Shown: in pieces, positions 1 through 9,515 of the stretch
How positions within the stretch are numbered: position 1 is the first letter of the stretch
Layout: each line of letters opens with the position of its first letter
IMG/VR virus record: IMGVR_UViG_3300031857_000018
Span: 96,001 to 160,000 of that record
Source: a virus
Strand: one strand, 5' to 3'
Length of the DNA stretch: 64,000 nt
Notes under the pieces: generated by a model
Database searches by the model: none
What the model was told of the DNA's origin: nothing
What the model saw: the letters and a program-made list of their open reading frames with translations, nothing else
Made by a program: the position numbers and the translations under genes

Positions 1-314
1 TCTGCTTTTTGGGCAAATCTAATTATTAATCGAAAATTTTCAATTATGTTTAGCAATGTCTTGTTTTCATTGCGACCACTACAAAAAACAACAACAGCAT
101 TATAACCGTTATTAATTTCATTGCGCACGGTGTTCATCATTGATTCTGAATCAGCACCTGGTTCAATAAATTTAGCGCCATCGATTGTTTGTAATCGAAA
201 TAAACGATTCATGAAACTATATTTAGGTTTTGAGAATTGATCACCTACTAATAATACACGAGCCGTTTCTGGAGCCGGTTTGTCTTCGAATAATAAAGAT
301 TTTAATCGTATCAT
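1..314 (-). CDS. hypothetical late protein with MIRLKSLLFE N-terminal motif (runs off left edge)
   Basis: ATG at 312-314, frame open to the window edge; same N-terminal motif as neighbours. Confidence 0.75.
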   Translation of the reverse strand, partial: MIRLKSLLFEDKPAPETARVLLVGDQFSKPKYSFMNRLFRLQTIDGAKFIEPGADSESMMNTVRNEINNGYNAVVVFCSGRNENKTLLNIIENFRLIIRFAQKA

Positions 315-457
315 CTGCCTTGAGCTACATATGATTTAACGTAATTTGTGGCATTCTTGCTTGAACTGGTTTTAGTTTTTGCATGAATACCTGGACGTTT
401 AACCTTTGGTTTTTTAATGTGTACTTTTACATTACTTGTTTTTACTTTCGCTGCCAT
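311..457 (-). CDS. small basic protein (48 aa, ends KSYVAQGR)
   Basis: Manual translation MAAKVKTSNVKVHIKKPKVKRPGIHAKTK...; ATGA overlap with the next gene. Confidence 0.7.
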   Translation of the reverse strand: MAAKVKTSNVKVHIKKPKVKRPGIHAKTKTSSSKNATNYVKSYVAQGR

Positions 458-554
458 AGCTGTTACCTTTACATGTTACTAATTCATAAACTGCATATAA
501 CCCACCGATAACCATTATGGCACAACCGATAATAAAAGCAAATAACCTATTCAT
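432..554 (-). CDS. small membrane peptide (40 aa)
   Basis: Manual translation MNRLFAFIIGCAIMVIGGLYAVYEL...; directly behind an ATATTTAT motif. Confidence 0.5.
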   Translation of the reverse strand: MNRLFAFIIGCAIMVIGGLYAVYELVTCKGNSYGSESKNK

Positions 555-637
555 ATTAATAAATATCAAACAGTAAAAAAACCCGGGCCGCGATAGCCCG
601 AGTCTTAACTATATTCGCCTAAGGTAGCAGACGCTCT

Positions 638-1018
638 TTATTTCTTGAATGTTTCTCTTAAAATATAATCATTGCCTTTAAGATTGCGAAGGATTCTTTG
701 TTCTAAAGGAATTTCACGCATTTCTTGCAAACCTGATTTTTTAATTAAAGTAGATTCATTTTTTTCTTCTTTATCAGCAAAAGCTTTTTTCATTGATTCT
801 TCTTCATCACCATCATTATCGGCATCGATATAATCTGGTCTTGCTGACTCATCTACATCTGATTCTTCTGATTCATCATTGAATGGCATATTCAATTCTG
901 CTTCCTCACGCAGTTTGGCTTCGTATGCTGCGGTTGTATCTGCGAGGGTAGGAAGGGGCTTACCTTCTTCGCGTTCCCAGGCATACCCTTCGTTTAATAT
1001 TGATTTTAGTTTGATCAT
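638..1018 (-). CDS. acidic late protein, MIKLKSILNE motif, EF-hand-like PDYIDADNDGDEEE
   Basis: ORF track, start moved to the ATG after the AAAGGAAC leader. Confidence 0.8.
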   Translation of the reverse strand: MIKLKSILNEGYAWEREEGKPLPTLADTTAAYEAKLREEAELNMPFNDESEESDVDESARPDYIDADNDGDEEESMKKAFADKEEKNESTLIKKSGLQEMREIPLEQRILRNLKGNDYILRETFKK

Positions 1019-1069
1019 TTTAGTTCCTTTATTATAAATATGTAGTACGTTGTAAACCAATTACAAAAT

Positions 1070-1096
1070 AAGTGCGCCCTTCCAGGGCCGCACAAA
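1070..1096 (-). terminator. probable intrinsic terminator
   Basis: GTGCG.CCCT/AGGG.CGCAC hairpin followed by a U-rich tail on the minus strand. Confidence 0.5.
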
Positions 1097-1097
1097 G

Positions 1098-1667
1098 TTA
1101 CATGCTTGGATCGGCCGGAGTATCAATGCCAGATGCATCGGGTCGGGCTTGACCCTGTTTGCGCACCAAGTACAATTTTGTTGATCCATGCTCTACACGG
1201 AAATCGCTCAGATCCGGATTGGTTTGTAGGAAGCGGGCATATATGCGTGATTTTTGTTGCTCCTTGTCCGGGTTGTTGTCTCCTCCAGTTATATCAATCA
1301 CATCTACCGCCGCATGCGTATCCGCAAAATCGCGAATTGCAAGCCCAATAGTTTTGAAAAACCGCAGCGTGTTCGTCTCACCAGCAGCTGCGCTACTACG
1401 AGCCGATGTAGTCCAATTGGCCCGGGCGTCTCGAACAGCAGCCATTTGACGATCTTGGGTAAAGAAAGCAAATTGCCATTCTCCCGTGTCCCCGAATTGA
1501 GAACGATAGTAGTGGTCGAACTTGATCAGGATGGGGTGGGCATCGGCTTGGATCTGCGTTTCGAAACTTTTGGCATCGCCCCAACGATCACGCCACGTGA
1601 ACTGCGTTGTGTATGGTTGAACCCCAGCTAACGAGATTTCCGCAAGTAAGTTGCTTAATCGTATCAT
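1098..1667 (-). CDS. hypothetical late protein, MIRLSNLLAE motif; paralog of 2116-2577
   Basis: ORF track with corrected start; shared F/MxTI...RxY pattern. Confidence 0.8.
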   Translation of the reverse strand: MIRLSNLLAEISLAGVQPYTTQFTWRDRWGDAKSFETQIQADAHPILIKFDHYYRSQFGDTGEWQFAFFTQDRQMAAVRDARANWTTSARSSAAAGETNTLRFFKTIGLAIRDFADTHAAVDVIDITGGDNNPDKEQQKSRIYARFLQTNPDLSDFRVEHGSTKLYLVRKQGQARPDASGIDTPADPSM

Positions 1668-1668
1668 G

Positions 1669-2055
1669 TCATGATAATAGTTTTTTGCGTTGCATGTCCC
1701 GAATGCTTTGTTTGTGCCATTTAGTTGCAAGATCCATTCTACTAGCAACAAATTGAAGCAATGATTGACCTTTGCTGTTTTTTGGCGATTTCATCCACAA
1801 GTTGTTAACGCGTGTGTAAAGACCTTTTTTTCGTGACATTGCAATGAACGCTGCTTCCACAGCAGCTTCTTGCGTACCTAACAAGTTGTCAGTGAAACGC
1901 AGAATTATGCGCAGAATGTCCGCAGGATTAACTAGACCCTCAATAGTGCGATATGGAATTCCAAGATCGATTCCAGCACGTGGATCAGACCCAATAGCTC
2001 CAATGATTTTATCTAGCATTGATTGTTCTGTTAATATGTGTTTTAAACGTATCAT
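1669..2055 (-). CDS. hypothetical late protein, MIRLKHILTE motif
   Basis: ORF track, corrected start after the AAAGGAAAC leader. Confidence 0.8.
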   Translation of the reverse strand: MIRLKHILTEQSMLDKIIGAIGSDPRAGIDLGIPYRTIEGLVNPADILRIILRFTDNLLGTQEAAVEAAFIAMSRKKGLYTRVNNLWMKSPKNSKGQSLLQFVASRMDLATKWHKQSIRDMQRKKLLS

Positions 2056-2115
2056 TGTTTCCTTTATATATAAATATTGTTTCCGCATAAATGCTGGAAA
2101 CGATTCACAGCCACG

Positions 2116-2577
2116 CTATTTGTCTTTTATTCCCGTCCAATCATAACTAGTACTCGACCCACCATCACGTTCCAATTCCATGTACGATGCAGTTTCCTGT
2201 GATATAGAATACCCACGCAAAGCGCGCAGCACATAAGCCCGGTATAAACGCATTCTGCGTGGATCAGATTTGGCTACTCCGAACACCACTGTTTCAGGAC
2301 GCCACTTCTCCACTGCCTTGCGGGCAATCTCAACTATGGTGCTCATTACACGGTACACATCCGATTCCGCGGTCTCCACATCATGATCCCATCCGCCTTG
2401 TGGGTTCTTCGTAGCAAACGCAATTTCCATGACCTCATCAGATCCATATGGAAATGACACTTGATACATGGTACCACGCTCTGTTTCGAAATAGGCTTCT
2501 CCGTTGTACATGTTGTATGGGTATGGTGTCGCCGTGCCTTCCCCTATCTCTGCTAGTATGTGTTTAAGACGTATCAT
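2116..2577 (-). CDS. hypothetical late protein, MIRLKHILAE motif
   Basis: ORF track. Confidence 0.85.
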   Translation of the reverse strand: MIRLKHILAEIGEGTATPYPYNMYNGEAYFETERGTMYQVSFPYGSDEVMEIAFATKNPQGGWDHDVETAESDVYRVMSTIVEIARKAVEKWRPETVVFGVAKSDPRRMRLYRAYVLRALRGYSISQETASYMELERDGGSSTSYDWTGIKDK

Positions 2578-2580
2578 GTA

Positions 2581-2880
2581 TTACATGTTGTTTGCATTTA
2601 TAAACATGAACAATGGATTTTGTTCAACATATACATCAAATACATTGGCTGCAAAGTCAGGACGTTGTGCGATTGGATACTTTGTTTTGATTGCTTCGAG
2701 ATCTGTTTTTAAATACGAATCTAGATTTTGAAGTTTTCCTTCATTGTATAATTGCAATGCCATACCAACAATTTTAACTTTTTCTTGTGAAGTTAAAGCT
2801 TTTGGCATTTTAATATCTGCTTCATTAAGTGATGTATTATTTAAATAACGTTTCCAATTGTTTAAATATGGTTTATTCAT
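2581..2880 (-). CDS. hypothetical late protein (NWKRYL...LNEA)
   Basis: ORF track; ATATTTAT motif and AAAGGAAC leader upstream. Confidence 0.8.
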   Translation of the reverse strand: MNKPYLNNWKRYLNNTSLNEADIKMPKALTSQEKVKIVGMALQLYNEGKLQNLDSYLKTDLEAIKTKYPIAQRPDFAANVFDVYVEQNPLFMFINANNM

Positions 2881-3034
2881 GTTGTTCCTTTTTTAATAAT
2901 AAATATAGAGCATACCGAGTATATGGGCGTGTACAAGGTGTATAGGGAGGTAGAATACTTATATGCACCGCATATCCTAATAAAGAGCACCTATATAGCA
3001 AAAAAATTAACCGTGCTAGAAAAATATATATAAC

Positions 3035-3200
3035 CACCCACCGTATCAAGGGGGTGTTCTACCCCTTAACTAAACCCACCCCTACCCCCCTGTTTTGGGG
3101 GGGCTTACCGGGGGCTAAACCAGGGGGGCTGCCCCAGTAAAATAGGGGGGCTATTACACCCCCCTTCAAACCCCTAAGGGCCTCTCCTTTATATATAAGG
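3035..3200. other. non-coding G-run/C-run hairpin cluster
   Basis: CCCCCC-TGTTTT-GGGGGGG, GGGGGG-CTATTACA-CCCCCC and similar stems; four runs of 5 or more G between 3097 and 3150. Confidence 0.7.
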
Positions 3201-3217
3201 TCTATGTCGGCTGCTGC

Positions 3218-3460
3218 TTACACGGGACAAGCTATCTGCTGTGGGAACAGGTTCAATGCATGCATCTGCGCTGGCGGCATGCTCGGTATGCCTAACGCCT
3301 CGCGGAGGTCATACAATGTGGCCCACTGCGTACGGCTGCGGGTTACCTGGTCCATTGTGATGCTGCTGTCGCGGCCTGCTGCTGCATCCAAGTCGCGGTA
3401 GTGTTTCCATGCGCGGGCTTCTGCTAACTGGATGTCTTTAATCATTTGTGCTTTTGTCAT
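3218..3460 (-). CDS. hypothetical early protein
   Basis: ORF track; AAGAGAGAC leader. Confidence 0.75.
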   Translation of the reverse strand: MTKAQMIKDIQLAEARAWKHYRDLDAAAGRDSSITMDQVTRSRTQWATLYDLREALGIPSMPPAQMHALNLFPQQIACPV

Positions 3461-3511
3461 TGTCTCTCTTTTTATATTAGGTTAATTGGGTTACTTGGGT
3501 TGCTGTGTTAA

Positions 3512-3718
3512 TTAGTCTAGCATATCTGCTGCTGCGCCACCTGCCATGATGCCGGCAAACAATGTTGCTGCTGCTCCTACCGGTACTACCAATGCTGCTA
3601 CTGCTAAGCCGGCTACTGGAAGAATTGCTAGGAAGGTTAATGCGGTTGCTGCTGCGATGCTTAATACGACTGCTGCGACTGCTACTACTGCTGCGATAAC
3701 TTTGATTTCGTTTTTCAT
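3512..3718 (-). CDS. small hydrophobic (2 TM) early protein
   Basis: ORF track; own promoter cassette. Confidence 0.75.
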   Translation of the reverse strand: MKNEIKVIAAVVAVAAVVLSIAAATALTFLAILPVAGLAVAALVVPVGAAATLFAGIMAGGAAADMLD

Positions 3719-3847
3719 ATCTCTCTCTTTTAATTTTAATAAAGATAAGGTTTATTCTGATAGGATCCTAATCTTTTGTTACTTTTTTTACTGCAGAAAT
3801 CCGACGCCATTTCTGACGCCGGTTCCTTATTTGAGAGATATGTTTTC

Positions 3848-4795
3848 CTATTCTGCTGCGATGATTTGCTCTGCTACCATCATTGTGGGATCCTCAAAGC
3901 CCATTGCACATATGCGGGCTGCTTTAATAAAGCTTCTGAGGTTGATGTCAATACCCGCATATTTTTTATCCAGGTCCTTCATAATGCTGAGTGCCTGCTG
4001 CTTCGCTGCCAATGGGATGCTAGGCTCCATTGTCGACATCAATTGCTCCATGCGGGTAAACATCTGCGTGGTGTTCATTGAGATGTCTGACACAAAGCTG
4101 CGTGAGCGAATTGCTGCATCCAATTTTGATTGGTGGATGTTGCTGATGAAGATAACACGGCCGGTGAACTCAAAGTGTGCCGGGATAGGCTCGCCAAACT
4201 CATCCTTAAGCGGCTTGCTTGAGATATAAGAGATCTTGCGTGTGTCATAGCTATCCAACGCCGCCTTCAAAAGGTTCACTGCATCCTCGTCTTTGAATAC
4301 CGAGTCACAGTCATCAAAGATAACAATCTTGTCGGAGTTCTGGTAAAGGGTAATAAACAACCCGGCTGCTGTGGTGCGCCCTTTAAAGTGAACAAACTCA
4401 TATGACTCTCGCAAGCCCATTCCCTTAAGCGTCTCCTTAACCAGGTGCGTCTTACCAACACCCGCCATACCTGTGATTACCAATGACGGTTGGATTCCGC
4501 GACCCACCATCTTTGTCAGACGAGTAAGGTTGTCAAACATTACCTCAGGATCTCTGCTCTCCACCACTGACAGGAAAGACATCTTAGCCGGTGCTGCCGG
4601 TGCTACCGATACTCCTGCCGTTGCTGCTGCTACTCTAACAACACGCCCATTTGCTCCAACCATCAACACTTCGCGGTTGGCTTCTGCACTGCGCAATTGC
4701 ACGTCGCGGATTAAACCCTTTGGCGCGAACTCACCTGTGTTAACATTCTTCGCCATTAACTTCCCTTTTACTCTTACTGCTTCAAATACGTTCAT
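3848..4795 (-). CDS. AAA-family P-loop ATPase
   Basis: Walker A GMAGVGKT, Walker B IVIFDD, FISN sensor, RSR arginine finger. Confidence 0.9.
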   Translation of the reverse strand: MNVFEAVRVKGKLMAKNVNTGEFAPKGLIRDVQLRSAEANREVLMVGANGRVVRVAAATAGVSVAPAAPAKMSFLSVVESRDPEVMFDNLTRLTKMVGRGIQPSLVITGMAGVGKTHLVKETLKGMGLRESYEFVHFKGRTTAAGLFITLYQNSDKIVIFDDCDSVFKDEDAVNLLKAALDSYDTRKISYISSKPLKDEFGEPIPAHFEFTGRVIFISNIHQSKLDAAIRSRSFVSDISMNTTQMFTRMEQLMSTMEPSIPLAAKQQALSIMKDLDKKYAGIDINLRSFIKAARICAMGFEDPTMMVAEQIIAAE

Positions 4796-4929
4796 CTCTC
4801 TTATATGGTATTTAATTAAATGCTCTTAAGGCCTTTCCCTAATTGCTTACATAAAAATAAGGCAAATTCTGATAGGATCCTAATCTTTTGCAAACTTTTT
4901 TTAACTTTTTTTCCTGGTAGGATCCAGGC

Positions 4930-5472
4930 CTATTCGACCCGGAAGATTGCTAAGGCTTTGCGCTGATCTCTACCCTTTGTCAGGAACAATGCATCCAATT
5001 GGTCAGCGTTGTCATATATCTTTCCGTCTCGGATTGCTAGGGCATGCTTTGCCACTATCACAATAAAGGATCCTTTCGGATGCTGAGCTAAGAACTTGCC
5101 TACGGTGAATCCTGAGAAGGTGCCTCCTCCCTTCGGGTACTTCAGGTTAAGCAACACTCCACGCTCCTTTGCCTTAGCCGGTGTGATTGGAGTGCGGCTA
5201 AAGGTTCCTAATGGACGGATCTCTTTGCCGGCCAACTTCTCTCCAGCGGTTGCCATTGTCTTAAGCTTCATCGGTGCACCCAATGTGCCTTTACCTCTTT
5301 GGCGGCCGAATCGGCTAGCAACCAACTCGTGTGCTTCGTCATAGCTAACCTGGCATGCATTCATCACTGCTCGAACGAAGCAGTCATTGTTCTCGCCTTT
5401 AGCCTTCTTGTCTGTGTCCTGGATAGCTGCGCTTCCTACTACGAACTTCATTTTGAAATCAACCTTTTTCAT
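4930..5472 (-). CDS. hypothetical protein, possible Cys-His hydrolase fold (NDCFVRA...HALAIRDGKIYD)
   Basis: ORF track; C..H..D motif order. Confidence 0.7.
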   Translation of the reverse strand: MKKVDFKMKFVVGSAAIQDTDKKAKGENNDCFVRAVMNACQVSYDEAHELVASRFGRQRGKGTLGAPMKLKTMATAGEKLAGKEIRPLGTFSRTPITPAKAKERGVLLNLKYPKGGGTFSGFTVGKFLAQHPKGSFIVIVAKHALAIRDGKIYDNADQLDALFLTKGRDQRKALAIFRVE

Positions 5473-5519
5473 ATATCTCTCTTTTATTTGATTACGTGGG
5501 TTACTCAGTTAGTGGATTC

Positions 5520-5708
5520 TTATGCCATATCATCCGACACATCCAACACTGTCCATTTTACATTCTGCTGGATGTATTCCGTTACATCTTCCGGATCGAA
5601 TCCATCTGCTACCAATGCACGTGTAATGCTAGCCGTTGCCATTTGCAATTGCGTCATTGCCTCTGTGCTAACCAATCCATCCATTCTGTCAAACATTTCT
5701 TTTGTCAT
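5520..5708 (-). CDS. hypothetical early protein
   Basis: Start MTKEMF behind a promoter cassette. Confidence 0.75.
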   Translation of the reverse strand: MTKEMFDRMDGLVSTEAMTQLQMATASITRALVADGFDPEDVTEYIQQNVKWTVLDVSDDMA

Positions 5709-5788
5709 ATCTCTCTCTTTTAATTTTAATAAAGATAAGAAAAAAAAGAACACGTGTCAAGCATTTCGGTAACTTTTTTTAAACTTTT

Positions 5789-5995
5789 TTATAGGCCGGA
5801 AAACTCCCCATCTACGAACAATAAGGCTTCTCCAGGCTCTAGTCCGGCAACTGTGATATTGAGGTAACCGTCATTGGGATCCGAGATGTTGTCCATATCG
5901 AGGACCATATAGTCGACTCTTTGTTGATCCAATATTGTCAGGAACCCTTTTGCCTGGAAGGCTTCTGCTGTTGCGATGATGTCTTGTCTTGTCAT
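5789..5995 (-). CDS. hypothetical early protein
   Basis: ORF track. Confidence 0.7.
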   Translation of the reverse strand: MTRQDIIATAEAFQAKGFLTILDQQRVDYMVLDMDNISDPNDGYLNITVAGLEPGEALLFVDGEFSGL

Positions 5996-6068
5996 GTCTC
6001 TGTGTGTTTCTCACGTCCGCAAGGGCCGACATTTCTGCCGACCCGGGACTCATATTGAGAGACATGAT

Positions 6069-6521
6069 TTACTCTTCTTCGTCGGTCGGTGTAAACTCCG
6101 TAAACCCGATGGTTAATGTGTGGCCCATTGACCCGTCCCAACCCGGTGCTGGTTGATCGTCGTCAGCTTCCTCCTCGTCAGCTTCCTCGTCCTCCTCAAG
6201 CACAAACTCTGCTACTACTGCTTCCACGTGACTCATTATTTCATAGATGTCAATGTTAACCTCAGTGAGCTCGATGCGGTTGTCATAGTTAATCTCAAAG
6301 CACGCGCTGTCTTTGTCGATGATCGAGTCGCTATTGTAATCCAACGCTCTTTGGATCTTGTCGCCGATGGTTGCTGCGAGGTCCTCAGTGATCCCAAACA
6401 CTTTGACTGTCTTTTGCTCCGCCTCCAACTGCTGGATAAGCTCGATCACTTTGTCAATGTCAACTTGTGAAGACAACGCCTTTGCTCCTTCTAACTGTGC
6501 AATTAAATTTTCTTTTTTCAT
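6069..6521 (-). CDS. acidic early protein
   Basis: ORF track; own promoter cassette. Confidence 0.8.
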   Translation of the reverse strand: MKKENLIAQLEGAKALSSQVDIDKVIELIQQLEAEQKTVKVFGITEDLAATIGDKIQRALDYNSDSIIDKDSACFEINYDNRIELTEVNIDIYEIMSHVEAVVAEFVLEEDEEADEEEADDDQPAPGWDGSMGHTLTIGFTEFTPTDEEE

Positions 6522-6602
6522 ATCTCTTATTTTTTAATTTATATAAATTTAAGGTTAATTTTGATAGGATCCTAATCTTTTAGAAACTTTTTTGAAACTT
6601 TT

Positions 6603-6863
6603 TTAATTGAGGTTTATGCCGCGCTTAAGGTCCTCAGTTGCATTGTTTCGGTCAATCTTAGCGCTTAGCACTAGTGCTATTGCGTCTCCTAAATCATCCA
6701 AGTCACCGTCCTTTGTCTTTGCCACCAACAAGGTGATCATCAACAGACCCAACTTTTTGAACCCTTCGTCACCTGTGGTGATTGCTAGGGTGTTACACAA
6801 TTCAACTGCGCTTTCGATGTTGTCTACTAACTGCTTTGCCATTTTTTCATTCATCTCTCTCAT
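6603..6863 (-). CDS. hypothetical early protein
   Basis: ORF track; promoter cassette. Confidence 0.75.
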   Translation of the reverse strand: MREMNEKMAKQLVDNIESAVELCNTLAITTGDEGFKKLGLLMITLLVAKTKDGDLDDLGDAIALVLSAKIDRNNATEDLKRGINLN

Positions 6864-6936
6864 TTGTCTTATTTTTTAATTTATATAAAGATAAGCATTT
6901 TTTTGTTCGGTGTCAACCTTTTTGTTAACTTTTTTT

Positions 6937-7167
6937 TTACTTGCTTTTGCACGGGCAAGACTCCGAGTGCACTACTCCACTGTCATGATTGACGCCATCA
7001 AATGCTAGGTACTCATGCCCGTCGAATTTAATTACTCGGATATCAATTCCTTGTATCTTGATAGGTTGTGATGGCGCTTCACAGCTTGTCAATAATGCTA
7101 CTACGCTGCCAAACAATACTAATCCCGTTCCGGCTACTACTAAGAATGTTTTCAATCGGTTTTTCAT
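6937..7167 (-). CDS. probable lipoprotein (LLTSC lipobox; C-terminal HSESCPC)
   Basis: Signal peptide followed by a lipobox Cys. Confidence 0.75.
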   Translation of the reverse strand: MKNRLKTFLVVAGTGLVLFGSVVALLTSCEAPSQPIKIQGIDIRVIKFDGHEYLAFDGVNHDSGVVHSESCPCKSK

Positions 7168-7428
7168 ATATCTCTCTTTTTAATTTTAATAAAGATAAGC
7201 AAAATAATGCTCGGATCCTAATCTTTTTGAAACTTTTTTTATCCGAAGAATCCTCCGCTTATAAGGATCCATATAAGGATCCCGGCGTTTATCAATGCTC
7301 CGAATATATTGAATTTGCCGGTTCTGGGCTTGCCATGCAAGTAAGCGGATGCTAATAGATTAAGTCCCATTATTACTAATAAAATGATTTGTGGTGCTCC
7401 CATGTTTCTCTCTTTTTTTTAAGGTTTA

Positions 7429-7569
7429 TTATTTTCTGCTATCAACTAAAAACATCCAAAATTTCGTGTCAGGATACTTTGCTTTGTATATCATGTAATC
7501 CACTCGGATCGCCACTGCCGCAATTGCTACTACGGCTCCGATCAATAATGCTAACTTCAACTTTCTCAT
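7429..7569 (-). CDS. small membrane protein
   Basis: Start MRKLKL behind a promoter cassette. Confidence 0.7.
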   Translation of the reverse strand: MRKLKLALLIGAVVAIAAVAIRVDYMIYKAKYPDTKFWMFLVDSRK

Positions 7570-7648
7570 ATCTCTCTTTTTATAATACTTAAAGATAAGA
7601 ATAATATCAATGCGAGTCAACCTTTTTCCAAGAAAAGTTTCAACAAAG

Positions 7649-8389
7649 TTACAGGTACTGTTCTAGCAGTTGGATCCCCGGTAGCTTGGCCATTTCGGTC
7701 TCTGCCTGGCGAACCAGCTGTCGTGCTCGTTCTCCTGTCACTCCCATTTCCTCAGCAATCTGATCCATACACTGTGCATACTCACGCCCAATGCCATAGA
7801 AGCGAGTCAATGCCTCTCGTTGCTTGGGTTTAAGCTGTGTCATCGCTCTTTGTAGGTCGTATTGGAGATCTGCTGTCTCACGTGCGGATTTCACAGCATC
7901 TGCAGCCAAGTATCGATCCGCATAGGTTTCTTTGTTCTCATCATCGCCTACCGGAGTGCTGATGCTTTTGATATGTTGCTCCTCAGTTGCTGTCTTGTGG
8001 CTAGGGATCCTTACTACTCTGGATAAGTCATTCAGAGCCTTTTGGATCTCTGCTCTGACATACCATACCGCAAAGGTAATGAACTTCACACCCTTATCCG
8101 GATTGAATCGTTCTGCGGCTTCGAAGAGTCCAATGTTACCAAACGCAATGATGTCTTCCAACAAGAGTCCCATTCCTTGATACTGCCGGGCTACCTGCAT
8201 CACAAACCGAAGGTTGCTTTCAACCAGGATGTTAATGGCTTTGCGGTTACCTGCCTGAGCGGCTCTGCCTAACTCTTTCTCTTGTTCGCGGTCCAGGTAT
8301 CCAAACTTCTTAATCTCCTGCATATATTTCTGCGTGCTAGCAACATCCGTTACTATTGCTCCATTACTTACGTGAATCTTTTTTCCCAT
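7649..8389 (-). CDS. RNA polymerase sigma factor, sigma70 family (regions 1.2, 2, 4)
   Basis: LVESNLRFV, GNIGLFEAAERFNPDKGVKFITFAVWYVR, C-terminal HTH IAEEMGVTGERARQL. Confidence 0.93.
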   Translation of the reverse strand: MGKKIHVSNGAIVTDVASTQKYMQEIKKFGYLDREQEKELGRAAQAGNRKAINILVESNLRFVMQVARQYQGMGLLLEDIIAFGNIGLFEAAERFNPDKGVKFITFAVWYVRAEIQKALNDLSRVVRIPSHKTATEEQHIKSISTPVGDDENKETYADRYLAADAVKSARETADLQYDLQRAMTQLKPKQREALTRFYGIGREYAQCMDQIAEEMGVTGERARQLVRQAETEMAKLPGIQLLEQYL

Positions 8390-8494
8390 AACCTCTTTGT
8401 CTATCTCTTGTTAATTCGTTTGCTTCTTGCCACATTATCTTGATACAAGCGACGCACACTAACCCGAATGTCGTCGCCACTAAAACACCGGATA

Positions 8495-8692
8495 TCATTT
8501 CCCGGTGCTTAAGAATTTGAAACTTACTCGGATCGGCTTCTCAACCTTTGCGCGGTACTCTGCGTTGCGCTCTCCTTGCTTCTTTGCTTGTGCTACAGTG
8601 GTAGTGTTACCTCCTGCCTTTGCATCTCTCTGGAACTGACCCATTACCGCTCCTTGTCTTTCGAATCCTGAATTTCTGTCTTTCTTTGCCAT
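8495..8692 (-). CDS. small basic early protein
   Basis: ORF track; promoter cassette. Confidence 0.7.
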   Translation of the reverse strand: MAKKDRNSGFERQGAVMGQFQRDAKAGGNTTTVAQAKKQGERNAEYRAKVEKPIRVSFKFLSTGK

Positions 8693-8757
8693 CTCTCTTA
8701 TTATTTAATTTCTATACTTAAAGATAATGAATTAAACCATGCGTGTCAACCTTTTTG

Positions 8758-8997
8758 TTAACTTTTTTTAAACTTTTCTAAAACTTTTTTTGCAGTGGGA
8801 GGCGCTATGCTGTTAGTGAGTGCTTTGTATTGCACTATATCTAATCTAGCTTCCACATTTGCTAATGCAACTCCCACTTCGTCATCCTGCTGAAATAAAT
8901 CAAATGATTCCATAGCCTTCCTCAATTCCGTAACGGTTGTTCTTAAGCTTCTAATTTCATTTCGCAAATCGTTGATTTCTTTAACTTCTTTTTTCAT
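8758..8997 (-). CDS. coiled-coil early protein
   Basis: ORF track; promoter cassette. Confidence 0.7.
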   Translation of the reverse strand: MKKEVKEINDLRNEIRSLRTTVTELRKAMESFDLFQQDDEVGVALANVEARLDIVQYKALTNSIAPPTAKKVLEKFKKS

Positions 8998-9079
8998 ATC
9001 TCTCTTTTAAATTAATACTTAAATATAAGGAATAAATCAATGCGTGTCAACCTTTTTCCAAGAAAAGTTTAAACTTTTT

Positions 9080-9454
9080 TTACTCGAATACTCGCACTCG
9101 GCCGGATTGGAATCCATTACCAGCCTTTGTTGTTTTAAACTGACACCATATTGAAAACTCATTTCCGTCTTCCACCCACTCCACGATAGCATCCAATCTG
9201 TCAATGATGCGCTGCAGCTTAGCTTCGGTTAGCAATCCACTTTCCAATAAAGGTCGGCAACCAAACGATGCACAACCTCTAGCTTCATTCGCCGCAATCC
9301 GGATCTTTTGTGGGACTAGCTCTTCAATCGCAGCATCTAGTGCCTCATCATCAACCTGGAATGTATCATATCCGGTTAATAGTTTCGTGTACTGTGCTAC
9401 TGCATACTCTGCCATTGCTTCAACGGCTCCTGGAATAAATTGTGTCTTTTTCAT
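9080..9454 (-). CDS. hypothetical early protein
   Basis: ORF track; promoter cassette. Confidence 0.8.
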   Translation of the reverse strand: MKKTQFIPGAVEAMAEYAVAQYTKLLTGYDTFQVDDEALDAAIEELVPQKIRIAANEARGCASFGCRPLLESGLLTEAKLQRIIDRLDAIVEWVEDGNEFSIWCQFKTTKAGNGFQSGRVRVFE

Positions 9455-9515
9455 ATCTCTTATTTTAATACTTAAAGATAAGCAAAATAATGTTCGGTGT
9501 CAACCTTTTTGCAAA

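Noticed and set aside
8456-8466. CACACTAACC shared between hairpin loops at 8456 and 34231
   Set aside because: Only two copies of a 10-mer, which could be chance
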